From IMG/VR virus record IMGVR_UViG_3300047160_001842, positions 8,435 through 72,434 of that record: a stretch of DNA of 64,000 nt. The stretch is one strand, 5' to 3'. Under the pieces are notes generated by a model. The model saw nothing but the letters and a program-made list of their open reading frames with translations. It searched no databases and was not told where the DNA came from. Shown here piece after piece: positions 43,232-52,800 of the stretch. Source of the DNA: a virus (Duplodnaviria; Caudoviricetes). Each line of letters begins with the position of its first letter. The first letter of the stretch is position 1. The translations under genes were made by a program, and so were the position numbers.

Positions 43232-44104
43232 TTAGAAGCTGTCTGCCTTCTGCGCTTCGCCGGACACCTCGCCAGCATCGCCAGCGGATGGGTCCTTCGA
43301 ACGGTCAACCTTCACGTCGCCAGCCGCGACGGCGTTGTAGAAGTCTTTCGCCAGTTGGTAGATGTCCTTGTCGGTCACCATACCTTCCAACTCAAACTTG
43401 GCGCCGGACCACGAGCCTTTCTCGTTGGACAGGCCCACGGTCGTCATCCGCGCGATGTTCGCGAAGGTCGGAGGGGTCCGGTTCACGCCGCCAACGTTGA
43501 CCTTCTTCTGCTGGAGAGTCGTCATCAGCATGCGGCTGGACTTGATCTGGCTGGACGAGAGCGAGATGATCGCTTGTCCCACTTCCTTCGTCTCTTCATC
43601 GATGACGAGGACGTAATGCGAGCGGGTGTCCGCGTAGTAGTCCGACTTCTTCGGGTTGACTTCGCCCTTGTCGTCCTTCACGAGCGGGCGATTGTCCACG
43701 ATCTCGATCTTGCCGCTGGCCACGATCTTGTCGAATTCCTCCGGCGTGATTTCACCCTTGAAGCCGCCTTCGCCCTCGCGGCCACCCCAGAGGATGTACG
43801 AGCGGCGGAAGAAGCACGGAATGAAGGTCAGGCCGACCTTACCGTCAATCAACTTCCCGGTGACGGTGTTGTAGAGCATCCCAGCCTTCGCACCTTCGAT
43901 GTGCTTGGGGTCGTCTTCGTCAACCATCGGCGACATCTTCTGGAGAATCTGGATAAACGGAATCGCATACGAGTCCTTGTCCGCGTTCTCGAAACCTTGA
44001 TTGCCGCCGAAGTCGCTGGCGTCCATGAAATCGGCCGCGACTGCAATGCCGGTGTTCGGCTTCACTGCGACTTCGGTGCTTGCTGCTGCGTTTTTGGTAG
44101 CCAT
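43232..44104 (-). CDS. putative ssDNA-binding/recombination protein
   Basis: Position in replication cluster; IPFIQILQ.MSP pattern; acidic C-terminus. Confidence 0.5.
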   Translation of the reverse strand: MATKNAAASTEVAVKPNTGIAVAADFMDASDFGGNQGFENADKDSYAIPFIQILQKMSPMVDEDDPKHIEGAKAGMLYNTVTGKLIDGKVGLTFIPCFFRRSYILWGGREGEGGFKGEITPEEFDKIVASGKIEIVDNRPLVKDDKGEVNPKKSDYYADTRSHYVLVIDEETKEVGQAIISLSSSQIKSSRMLMTTLQQKKVNVGGVNRTPPTFANIARMTTVGLSNEKGSWSGAKFELEGMVTDKDIYQLAKDFYNAVAAGDVKVDRSKDPSAGDAGEVSGEAQKADSF

Positions 44105-44110
44105 TTGGCG

Positions 44111-44686
44111 TTAACCTTTCTTTGGTGCTTTGGGAGGGGTGATCTTTGCAATCCGGAACTCGAAAACGCCGAACGTTTCAAGTGGAATCTTGTCGCCAGC
44201 TTCTAGTCGTTCCTTCACGAACGATTTTAGCGTGGATGGGTGAACGGAGTCCTTTATTTCCGCGTCAGTGTAGCCAGCGGCGATGAGGGCTTGGCGGGCC
44301 TTTTCCGCCTCTGCGGCTTCGCCCTTACCAAAGTTCACAGCCACAGCGGTCTTAATGATCCCGTCATAGTCGTGGGCGCGTAGCCAGCCAAAGGCTTCGG
44401 GCTTCCGCTCCTCGGAGATGGAACACTTGACATCTTCCTTCACGGATATCTTCGCGCCGTCAGACATCTTGAAGTCTTCTAGACCCAACTCCTCCATGAT
44501 GTCCGGGATACGTTCACGGAGGATTTTGTCGAGCTTGTCTTGCTTCTCAGCGAGCGCGGCTTGATCGGCGAGGAGTTGGCCTTCAAGGTCTTTGGCCTCG
44601 GCGGCGAGTCCCACCAACCGTTCGATGGTTGGGGCTGGTTTCTCGGCGTCTTGTTGATCGTCTTCGAAGTAGTCGATGGTGCTCAC
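44111..44686 (-). CDS. conserved replication-cluster protein
   Basis: Coiled N-terminus; AFGWLR.H...GIIK...VHPSTLKSFVKE pattern. Confidence 0.55.
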   Translation of the reverse strand: MSTIDYFEDDQQDAEKPAPTIERLVGLAAEAKDLEGQLLADQAALAEKQDKLDKILRERIPDIMEELGLEDFKMSDGAKISVKEDVKCSISEERKPEAFGWLRAHDYDGIIKTAVAVNFGKGEAAEAEKARQALIAAGYTDAEIKDSVHPSTLKSFVKERLEAGDKIPLETFGVFEFRIAKITPPKAPKKG

Positions 44687-45018
44687 AGGGTAACCTCCAA
44701 AACGATATAGCCGTTTCGCTTCCTATCCCATTTGAGCATCTTCAAGCAGTCCACTTGTCGAAAGATGAGCGACGAACAGATCGCAATGATCGACGGGTCG
44801 CCGACTGCCACGAAGTAGTCGTCAGGCGTGTAGTGCTTGAGGACGGCCTTGGCCTTCGATACGACGAGTGGGATGAACAGCGGGTTGTCCTCGCGCGAGA
44901 GGACGGGGGTCAGCGTGCCGTAGGTGGCCGCGTCGGTGAAGTCATACGCTGGTGCCATTCTCTCGTGCGTCGGGTCCCACCGCTCGATCAGCTGTGGGAT
45001 GTATACCTTGGGTAACAT
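44683..45018 (-). CDS. hypothetical protein
   Basis: RBS AGGAAA; ATGA-coupled downstream. Confidence 0.65.
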   Translation of the reverse strand: MLPKVYIPQLIERWDPTHERMAPAYDFTDAATYGTLTPVLSREDNPLFIPLVVSKAKAVLKHYTPDDYFVAVGDPSIIAICSSLIFRQVDCLKMLKWDRKRNGYIVLEVTL

Positions 45019-45068
45019 TGTTTTCCTTTCTGGGTTAGCGCGGCTCTATTATCTATGGTATCTGGTGA

Positions 45069-46547
45069 TCAGCCGAGTGGAATCCCGTCGATAACGTGAT
45101 CCGCAATGGCATTCTTGCTTTGGCGCGACTGGGCCGCGTCCTCGTCAATAGTGTTCTCGGCAATGAGGTCAATGTACAGGACGGAATCGCCCTTAGTCCC
45201 GATGCGGTGGTTGCGGTCTTCCGACTGGCTGCGAATGTCGTTATCGAAGTCACAGCTGTAGTAGATCGATGTCTGCGCCGCAGTCAGCGTGATGCCCGCA
45301 TACGCGGCTTTGTTGCAGACGAATGCGGTGTACTTGCCTGCTTGGAAGTCGTCAATGGCTTTCTCACGGTCGTCGTCGCTGATGTCTCCGTGGTACTCGA
45401 CAGTGGTGATTCCCTGCTCGTTCAGCTTCTCAATGATCTGGCGAATCTCCTCTTTGTAGATGGCCCATACGATGAACTGCCCTTCCAAGTCGTCCACGAC
45501 ATCCAAGAAGGCTTCCATGCGCGGGTTCTCGTCCGCTGCAATCAGTTCCAGCTGGCCTTGGACGTAGATGAACCCGGAGGTCACCTGCTTCATCTTCTGT
45601 CGCGCCGCGATGGCTTCGAACGACTGCGGCCCAGCGCTCTTGGAGACGTAGCTGTAGTCGGCTTGCAACTCGTCATAGACCTTGCGCTGCTTTTCGCTCA
45701 GCTCGAATGGCCTGACCTCGTACACCTTCGGCGGCAAGTTGAGGACATCGGACTTCCTCACGCGGAACGTATGCGGCTGGGTGAGGTTGTAGAGCTTGTC
45801 CAGATTCCGGTACATCTTGTTGCCAGCTTCATCGGTGTCGACGACTTGAGCCCAAGCAGCCTTCGGCCCCATCTTCTTTATCAAGCCCATCATCTTCGGT
45901 GAGCGCGGGTCCAGCAACACAGCAAATTCGGCCACGAAGGCGCGATAGCTCTTGGTCCCTAGCAACCCCTCCTTCAGGAAGTCGAATTGGCTGTAGAGGT
46001 CCATAGGAGCCTTCGCCAGTGGCTTCCCGGAGAGGATGCGACGGGCGGTGGCCTTGCGGGCGGCTTCGATGCAGTAGATGGTCCGCTTGGCCTTCGGGTT
46101 GCCGATCTTCTTGGACTCGTCGCACACGGCCAGCGTCTTGTACGTGGTGACGAACTTGTCCACAACCTCGCGGCCACTCTCCGTCAGCATCATCTCAAAG
46201 TTGACGGAGAGGACACGTAGCTTCCGCTCCTCGCCCTCGTATTGCTTTGCGTACAGCCGCTCCATCGAGGCTTTCTGTCGCTTCGTCTTGATAGGGCCAT
46301 CCCAGCTATGGCAGATGGTTGGAACGGACATGTGCGTTGGAATCTCACGGAGCACCCAGTTGGAGTGCGGCCCTTTTGGAGCGAACACCACCATGGCCTC
46401 GATAAGACCCTCCAGAAACAGCCGCTCAGCGTCCGCCATGGTCATCCACGTCTTGCCGGTGCCCATCTCTGCGAACAGCGCAAAGTTGCGCTTGCGAGCC
46501 GACACCTCAAGGTAAGTCAGCTGATGGTCCATTCCAGTCGTCTTCAT
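45069..46547 (-). CDS. SNF2-like SF2 helicase
   Basis: EMGTGKT, CDES, LSGKP, GITLT, QSEDRNHRIG. Confidence 0.92.
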   Translation of the reverse strand: MKTTGMDHQLTYLEVSARKRNFALFAEMGTGKTWMTMADAERLFLEGLIEAMVVFAPKGPHSNWVLREIPTHMSVPTICHSWDGPIKTKRQKASMERLYAKQYEGEERKLRVLSVNFEMMLTESGREVVDKFVTTYKTLAVCDESKKIGNPKAKRTIYCIEAARKATARRILSGKPLAKAPMDLYSQFDFLKEGLLGTKSYRAFVAEFAVLLDPRSPKMMGLIKKMGPKAAWAQVVDTDEAGNKMYRNLDKLYNLTQPHTFRVRKSDVLNLPPKVYEVRPFELSEKQRKVYDELQADYSYVSKSAGPQSFEAIAARQKMKQVTSGFIYVQGQLELIAADENPRMEAFLDVVDDLEGQFIVWAIYKEEIRQIIEKLNEQGITTVEYHGDISDDDREKAIDDFQAGKYTAFVCNKAAYAGITLTAAQTSIYYSCDFDNDIRSQSEDRNHRIGTKGDSVLYIDLIAENTIDEDAAQSRQSKNAIADHVIDGIPLG

Positions 46548-46954
46548 TCTAGGCTTTCTAGCAAATGGTAAATTGGTTTCTTGCCGATGGCGATTGCAGT
46601 GGTGACTAGCTGGTCTGCGGTCATCGCCTTCAACTCAAGGTCCGGATCAAGCAGGTAGTATTCCTTGCTGACGCGGAGGAGGACGAAGGCGCGGCCATTC
46701 CACCACTTCCACTGCCGCATGAACGGGACTTGTCCCGGTTCGAACGCGCCCAGCAGCGGATATGTCTTGGACTTGGCCGGCCAGTCCGCCAACGCCTTAT
46801 TCTCCAGCCAGAAGGATACCCCGGCGCGGTTGATCCCAATGACGTCACACATGCCGTCAACACACTGGTTCTCGACACGGAACAACTTCAGCTTGGCTGG
46901 GTCGATATCGCATGAGAACGAATCCCAGGCGCGTTGCTCAGGCAGTCTCGACAT
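46544..46954 (-). CDS. PD-(D/E)xK nuclease (VRR-NUC/resolvase-like)
   Basis: RVEN...GMCDV...WLENK. Confidence 0.75.
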   Translation of the reverse strand: MSRLPEQRAWDSFSCDIDPAKLKLFRVENQCVDGMCDVIGINRAGVSFWLENKALADWPAKSKTYPLLGAFEPGQVPFMRQWKWWNGRAFVLLRVSKEYYLLDPDLELKAMTADQLVTTAIAIGKKPIYHLLESLE

Positions 46955-49748
46955 CGCCGTCCAGTCGCTTGATTCCGATGACGTTAAACATCTGGTATTC
47001 GCTCAGACGCTTCACCTTGATCAACCACCAGCTACCCTTCGGCGCACCTTCGGCGATGGCCTTGCCGTGGGACAGGTACATGTCGCGACCAATCCGGAAC
47101 CGCAGTGCGGAGTCTGACGAGTCATCAACCATAAACATGTCCAGGAAGATCGTTTGACCCTTGTAGACCTTCCCGCCGCGCTTTTTCACGCGGATCGGCT
47201 CGTTGGCGTCGGAGATGGTCTTGCTCATCAGCTTCGCGATCACCAAGCTGGTAACGCCATCCACGCAATCGGCCATGTTCATAATCGGCCTGCCGGACGT
47301 AACGCCAGCAAGCGCAGGGTCGCGGTAGTAGTGACCCCACTTGGTGTGCGCTTCGGCGAGGTCTGCATACTTGATCTCAGCGTTGGTGAGACGGTCCTTG
47401 TCCTTCTGAGTGAGTGTGCCCGCCTCTCGCTTCTGGACATAGGACAGCGCCTTGACCGGCCCATATCCCTTTGCATTCTGGATGCCTCCGATGAGTCGCC
47501 CGTCCGCCACCTTCCAATTCATGTCGCTGAAGTCCGGATCAATAGGCGTGTACTCGATCCCTTCGCGGCTGATCTCACGGAGAATCGCGATTGTCTGCTC
47601 ATCGTCCTTCGCGGCACGGAGGGAAGCTGCAGCGTACTCCAGAGGGAAGTAACGTTTGAGATAGCAAGTCCAATAGGTGACGATTGCATAACTGACGCTG
47701 TGCGACTTGTTGAAGCCCCAGGCTCCGAAGGTCGCCATTTCTGACCATATTTTCTTGGCTTCGGCTTCGGGGATGCCATTCGCCACAGCACCGGCCACGA
47801 AGTCCTGGCCGAGCTTGTTGAAGTATTCCTCGCCCTTGCGCCCAGACATCGCCTTACGCACGGTGGAGGTCTTCTGCCAGTCGAATGAGCCAAGCTCTTT
47901 CACCATCGACATGATCTGCTCTTGGTACAGAATCACGCCATAGGTGTTGCTGAGATACTTCTCAAGTTGCGGCACATCGTAGGTGATCGGCTCTTTTCCC
48001 GCCGCGCGTGCAATGTAGCGCTGGGCCATACCGGAGGAGAGCGGGCCGGGTCGCGCCAGCGCTGTGAGATGGTCGATCTTGCTGAAGTCGTCCACGTTCA
48101 CGGAGCGCGTAACGGATCGCACCGCATCGCCTTCGAATTGGAAGATGCCGGACACCTTATCCTCGTTGAGGATATCGAGCACGGACTTATCATCCAGCTT
48201 CAACCCGTACAACTCCTCTGCGGTGATAACACCGGCGTCCTCGATCACTCCGAGTGTCCGAAGGCCCAGGGCGTCAATCTTGAGCAAATTGAGGTATTCA
48301 GAGTCGGGCTTATCGATCTGCGCCACGCCGTCTTCCGTCACAGTGCAGTAGTCCGTCACCGGATCGTTACACACAAGGATGCCAGCCGCGTGGACGCCGG
48401 AGTGCGATGGATGAATCTCGATATCACCCATGCAGGCGGCAGCTTTAGGCCACTTGAGTTGGAAGTCCTTGCCAGGCTCCGTCTTCGTCATGGTGTCCTC
48501 CAGACCCTTCCCATAACGCTCGTCAGCGGACGAGTATTCGATGAGCGAGTTTCGGATGTTCGAAGTCTCCCAGACTGCAATGCCGAACTTCTTGCCGACT
48601 TGCGCGAGCACGGACGCGGCCTTGAGGGTGTTGATGTTCCCCAGCTTGGACACGTTATCTTTGCCGTACTTGTTCTGCAGGTACTCGAACACCAGGTGGC
48701 GCTTCGTGTCGGTGAAGTCGATGTCGATATCCGGAAGGTCTGCGCGGCTGATATCGATGAAGCGATGGAAGAGGAGCTGGTGCGGGAGCGGATCGACTTC
48801 AGTGATGCCGATGAGGTAACAGATCAAAGAGCCAGCGGAGGAGCCGCGTGCAGGTCCGACCAGCATATGCTCCTTGGCGTAGCGCACGAGGTCCGACACC
48901 ACCAGAAAGTAGCTGTCGAACTTCTTGAGTTTGATCTGGTCTAGCTCAAGCTTGAACCGCTCCTCGTACACCTGAGTCCACTCGGCGATATGCCCACGCG
49001 CTAGGCGGGAGGCTTGGCCCTCGCGGGCGAGCGCTTCTAGGTCGCCGTCCAAGTAGATAAGCGGAGCCTTGGCTAGGATGTGTCCCTGGAGGCTTTCGGC
49101 GACGGCGCGGGTATTCGCCCCAGCCTCTTCGAACTCGTCTCTGGACATTACCTCTTGGAGGACGCTCCACATCTCCTCCTCGCTCGCAATCCACCTCATG
49201 CCCACAGAGTCGCGAACCTCCCAAGCGTGGGCGAACGGCTCGTGCTTCTTGTCCGGCATGTCGTTGTATGACGTCAAAACCATCGGCTTGCCTGTCTGTC
49301 GCGCTAGTCGGACGGCCTTGGCTGCGTGGAGGTAAGAGGACGGGTTAACGTCGATGTAATCGTATGCGTCTTCAGGAAGGTCCAGGGCGCCACCGATGAA
49401 GCGGATGAGACCTGGGGCTGCGGCCAGTTCCTCCGGTGTCGCTCCGCCATTCCTAACCACGCGGCTGGTGAAGTTGTAGAGCTTCTTCGTATCGGTGGCG
49501 AGCACCCATGCGACAGGCTTGAATCCGTTGTCCGGGTTGATGATCGGGACTTCCATCCCGAACATCGGATGCATCTCGGCTTTCTTGAGTGCCTGTTCGA
49601 AGCGGACATGACCCCAAGTGCCGTGATCGACTAGACCAGCGCTGGTGACGCCTAGCTCCTTCAGTTTGGTCACTATCTCCGGCATTCGCCCGTAGGCGTT
49701 GCGGTAGGAGTAGCCTGAGCGGACGCGGAGTTGCGGCAGAGTGGTCAT
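46938..49748 (-). CDS. dnaE: DNA polymerase III alpha-like (family C)
   Basis: GPARGSSAGS, DLPDIDIDF, LLKIDALGL, FNKSH motifs. Confidence 0.95.
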   Translation of the reverse strand: MTTLPQLRVRSGYSYRNAYGRMPEIVTKLKELGVTSAGLVDHGTWGHVRFEQALKKAEMHPMFGMEVPIINPDNGFKPVAWVLATDTKKLYNFTSRVVRNGGATPEELAAAPGLIRFIGGALDLPEDAYDYIDVNPSSYLHAAKAVRLARQTGKPMVLTSYNDMPDKKHEPFAHAWEVRDSVGMRWIASEEEMWSVLQEVMSRDEFEEAGANTRAVAESLQGHILAKAPLIYLDGDLEALAREGQASRLARGHIAEWTQVYEERFKLELDQIKLKKFDSYFLVVSDLVRYAKEHMLVGPARGSSAGSLICYLIGITEVDPLPHQLLFHRFIDISRADLPDIDIDFTDTKRHLVFEYLQNKYGKDNVSKLGNINTLKAASVLAQVGKKFGIAVWETSNIRNSLIEYSSADERYGKGLEDTMTKTEPGKDFQLKWPKAAACMGDIEIHPSHSGVHAAGILVCNDPVTDYCTVTEDGVAQIDKPDSEYLNLLKIDALGLRTLGVIEDAGVITAEELYGLKLDDKSVLDILNEDKVSGIFQFEGDAVRSVTRSVNVDDFSKIDHLTALARPGPLSSGMAQRYIARAAGKEPITYDVPQLEKYLSNTYGVILYQEQIMSMVKELGSFDWQKTSTVRKAMSGRKGEEYFNKLGQDFVAGAVANGIPEAEAKKIWSEMATFGAWGFNKSHSVSYAIVTYWTCYLKRYFPLEYAAASLRAAKDDEQTIAILREISREGIEYTPIDPDFSDMNWKVADGRLIGGIQNAKGYGPVKALSYVQKREAGTLTQKDKDRLTNAEIKYADLAEAHTKWGHYYRDPALAGVTSGRPIMNMADCVDGVTSLVIAKLMSKTISDANEPIRVKKRGGKVYKGQTIFLDMFMVDDSSDSALRFRIGRDMYLSHGKAIAEGAPKGSWWLIKVKRLSEYQMFNVIGIKRLDGDVETA

Positions 49749-49915
49749 TTGCGGTGCAACTCCTGCTCAAGGCGGCGGATTGCTTGGGACATGGCCGCCA
49801 TAATCTCCGTTTGGTGATCGATCCTGCCGCGCAGGAACTCGGCGTAAGCATAAACGCCAATGATCGCCCAAACCAGAGAGAAGAATGCCCAGTTGTCAAA
49901 TATCCAATCAATCAT
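49745..49915 (-). CDS. 56-aa membrane-anchored coiled-coil protein
   Basis: WAFFSLVWAIIGVYAY transmembrane segment followed by a heptad tail. Confidence 0.55.
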   Translation of the reverse strand: MIDWIFDNWAFFSLVWAIIGVYAYAEFLRGRIDHQTEIMAAMSQAIRRLEQELHRK

Positions 49916-50465
49916 TTTTCTTTCTTTCGAATGACTCGTACACACCAAGCGTCTGGCAGACTTTGTGGAGAAGCAGCACGTCATCGACGGCCCTGTGCTT
50001 CTGGACGTACTCGCCAACCAGAGTGTTGTATAGATCGGTCAGACGCATGCGGCGTCCATACATGTGGAAGGTCTGCTCCACCGTGCAGATTTCAATCTGA
50101 TCCGTCCACCCCACATCGACCAGCGTCAGGCCTATCCTCCGCAGATCGAAGTCAAGCATACGCTTGTCGAAAGAGAGGTTGTGGGAGATGATTACGTCAG
50201 CCGCGCTGAAGTACGCCTTGAGGGCATCGAGATTATCAGAAAAGGGGCCGTAGCCCCTCAAGTCGTCATTCGTCAATCCGGTGATGTCCGTGATGATCTG
50301 CTCGATCTGGATCTCCGGGTTGCAGATGAACTCCGTTGTACTGATGACCTCGTTGCCGTCCGTAAGGATGCCGCCGAATTCAATTGTCTTCGGCTGCTGG
50401 CCCAACCGGGCGTCACTGTGAAGTGGGAGGCCGGTCGTTTCCCAGTCGTGAACGGCGAAGATCAT
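49908..50465 (-). CDS. DEDDh 3'-5' exonuclease (epsilon-like)
   Basis: HDWETTG, SHNLSFD, HRAVDDV. Confidence 0.92.
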   Translation of the reverse strand: MIFAVHDWETTGLPLHSDARLGQQPKTIEFGGILTDGNEVISTTEFICNPEIQIEQIITDITGLTNDDLRGYGPFSDNLDALKAYFSAADVIISHNLSFDKRMLDFDLRRIGLTLVDVGWTDQIEICTVEQTFHMYGRRMRLTDLYNTLVGEYVQKHRAVDDVLLLHKVCQTLGVYESFERKKND

Positions 50466-50468
50466 GGC

Positions 50469-50969
50469 TTAGGCCGGATACGGCAAGCGAACGATGAACT
50501 TCAGATCAACACCGAGAATCTTCCGGGTATCGTAGATCACATAGTTGTAGCGGCGCGAGTCCTTGATGGCCGGGTTGGTGTGGCCGTTTGTGAAGACTTC
50601 CTGAGCAATGCGAATGCCGTGCTTCTGCATCACTGCAGCAAACTCGTCCAGCTGCTCGCGGGTGACGTGCATGCCGAGGTGTGAAACCGCTCCGACGCCA
50701 GACACGGTGCCCTTGGCGATGGACTCGTCCATCCAATTGTGCCCCTTGCTGTAATGGAGCACTTCCAGCTCCAGCGGCTTGTCGGAACCGGACTGGTAAT
50801 TGAATGCCAGATCGGCCTCGTTCTTGCCGTCCGAGCCGAACACTTGGCCTGCGGCGGTCACCGTGTCGTAGACCCAGTCATCCAGGCCGAGGTCTTTGAG
50901 CAGGAGAAATGCCTTGTTCGTTCCGAGGCCTGGGAAGAGGGCGATTTGTTCTATTTGGAATTTGAGCAT
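50469..50969 (-). CDS. VOC/glyoxalase-like protein
   Basis: IEQIAL...LELEVLHY...SHLGMHV...YVIYDTR..LGVDLK, a VOC-like beta-alpha-beta pattern. Confidence 0.6.
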   Translation of the reverse strand: MLKFQIEQIALFPGLGTNKAFLLLKDLGLDDWVYDTVTAAGQVFGSDGKNEADLAFNYQSGSDKPLELEVLHYSKGHNWMDESIAKGTVSGVGAVSHLGMHVTREQLDEFAAVMQKHGIRIAQEVFTNGHTNPAIKDSRRYNYVIYDTRKILGVDLKFIVRLPYPA

Positions 50970-50972
50970 TGT

Positions 50973-51647
50973 TTACTTTCCGAATGGGATATCGCAGCCG
51001 GACAGATAGAGGCTGTTGCCGCTGCTGAGAAGGTTGGTGATCAAGTCTGCGACGGCTTCCGGGGGTGTCTCCAGACCGTGCATCAGGGCCTTGCGCTGGT
51101 ATTCTCGCGCGTACTCCGGTGTCCAGCCGCGCACTCGCTGAACGTTCTCCTCGATGGACTTGGACATGCCGGTGCCGGCCAGCTTGTTGGGGCTGACGCT
51201 GAAGACGGTGATGCCGTACTTCGGCGTCAGTTCGTGCGCCATCTGCTTGGTGATCATCAGCGCTGCGGCCTTGCTCGCGTTGTATGAGAGGCTGCTGGTC
51301 ATAGGGATGTGCGCGGCGTTGGACACAATGTTGATGACCGTGCCCTTGGATGCCTTCAGCTGCGGTAGGACAGCCTGCGTCATCCTGACCATCGAGAATG
51401 CGTTGACGTCCATCAGGTGAAAGAAGTCATCTTGGCCGACTTCTTCAAACCAACGGTTGTCGTTGATGCCTGCACAGTTGATGAGGCAATCGACGCGGTC
51501 AAGACCCATAAGAAAGGCAGACGGGCAGCGCACGTCATCGCCATCTGCATGGTCGTAATCGATGACGATGTGGTTGGCCGCGATCAGCGCCTGGGCGATG
51601 GCTTTGCCCAGTCCGCTGCCGGAGCCGGTGACGATAACGTGCATCAC
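50973..51647 (-). CDS. short-chain dehydrogenase/reductase (SDR)
   Basis: TGSGSGLG, NCAG, YNASK. Confidence 0.93.
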   Translation of the reverse strand: MMHVIVTGSGSGLGKAIAQALIAANHIVIDYDHADGDDVRCPSAFLMGLDRVDCLINCAGINDNRWFEEVGQDDFFHLMDVNAFSMVRMTQAVLPQLKASKGTVINIVSNAAHIPMTSSLSYNASKAAALMITKQMAHELTPKYGITVFSVSPNKLAGTGMSKSIEENVQRVRGWTPEYAREYQRKALMHGLETPPEAVADLITNLLSSGNSLYLSGCDIPFGK

Positions 51648-52495
51648 AACACCTCGATTCGGTGAGCCTGCTTGGCCACGAGGTGTTCCACCATCGCAGC
51701 ATACACGGCGATGTCGCGCATGGAGTCTTCGTGGGTCAGGCCGCTGTTGGCGAAGCGGGTGAGCTTGACGATGATCAGCTCAAAGAGATGGTACAGGTGG
51801 TGGTCGTCGTTGGAGCGAATGGCCACGCCGTTCGGGAACAGCGCCTTCATCACGTTGCCCACGTTGACGGCATTATCCTTGTAGACGGCGTTGCGTTGCA
51901 TGAACGTCGATGCGGCCTGCTGGAGGATGTGAGCCACGCTGCCGGTGACTTGCATTGCAACTTCCGTCATCTGGACAGGGCCGGCCATCGCGATGCCGTC
52001 CGCGTTGAGCACGCACGCGTTGAAGCCCTTCGAACGGTACACATCGACCACATCCTGACGGTCATCGTAAGCCGCGACGACTGGCCGACCGTTCTTGATG
52101 ATGAAGTCGGCGAAGTCGGCCTTGACCATGTGCGCTGGCCGGATGTCACCTTGCGTCCGCATCAGAATGCTGAAGTCGTTTTCGATGGAGATGCCGAAGT
52201 TGGACTTGATCCACGCCGCAGACTTCTCAGCGACACTGAACGGACGCCCGGTGGCGAAGAAGATGATGTGGCCATCGGCGATGTGTTGGCGGAGGACAGC
52301 CGCGCCCGGTGCGAGGACCGGGTCACGGTCGCACACATCGTGGTAGGAGTCATATGCATCCTGGCCCGGTGTGGAACCTTCCTGCGCCTTGGGAAGTAGG
52401 TGTTGGCGCCAGCGGTCGTCGCTGATGCAGCCGTCCAGATCGAAGATCGCAACCTTGCGGTTGTCGTCTGCTTTGGTCATTGCGGGAGTGGTCAC
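51644..52495 (-). CDS. HAD-family phosphatase fused to a DUF1599/Nmad1-like domain
   Basis: DLDGC HAD motif I, YDDR motif IV; C-terminal RNAVY...KLTRF...HEDSMRDIAVYAAM. Confidence 0.75.
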   Translation of the reverse strand: MTTPAMTKADDNRKVAIFDLDGCISDDRWRQHLLPKAQEGSTPGQDAYDSYHDVCDRDPVLAPGAAVLRQHIADGHIIFFATGRPFSVAEKSAAWIKSNFGISIENDFSILMRTQGDIRPAHMVKADFADFIIKNGRPVVAAYDDRQDVVDVYRSKGFNACVLNADGIAMAGPVQMTEVAMQVTGSVAHILQQAASTFMQRNAVYKDNAVNVGNVMKALFPNGVAIRSNDDHHLYHLFELIIVKLTRFANSGLTHEDSMRDIAVYAAMVEHLVAKQAHRIEVL

Positions 52496-52800
52496 AGAAT
52501 TCCTTTCGGGTTTTTGATGGTTCTCAATTCATAGCCGAGCATCGGCCAGATTTGTTCCAGCGCTTTCTCACGCGCATACTTGCGGCCCAGTTCAGGACTG
52601 AACTCTTGTTCGTCCACCGGGCCTTCGTTCACGCCAACGAGCTTGGTCCCGTTGACTAGGACGATGATGTAGATGGTGACGTGGTTGATGTTGGCTTGCG
52701 GCAGCGTTGGCCGGTCCATCGCCTTGTCGGCGGTGAACCAGTACTCTGCCAAGATCAGGCTGTCGATGTACGCCTGAGTGTTCTTGTCGGGGCGCTTCAC
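52492..52800 (-). CDS. phage protein of the N4 Gp49/Sf6 gp66 family
   Basis: VTI..IVLVNG...VG...VD...FSPELGRKYAREKALEQIWPMLGYELR. Confidence 0.75.
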   Translation of the reverse strand: MKRPDKNTQAYIDSLILAEYWFTADKAMDRPTLPQANINHVTIYIIVLVNGTKLVGVNEGPVDEQEFSPELGRKYAREKALEQIWPMLGYELRTIKNPKGIL

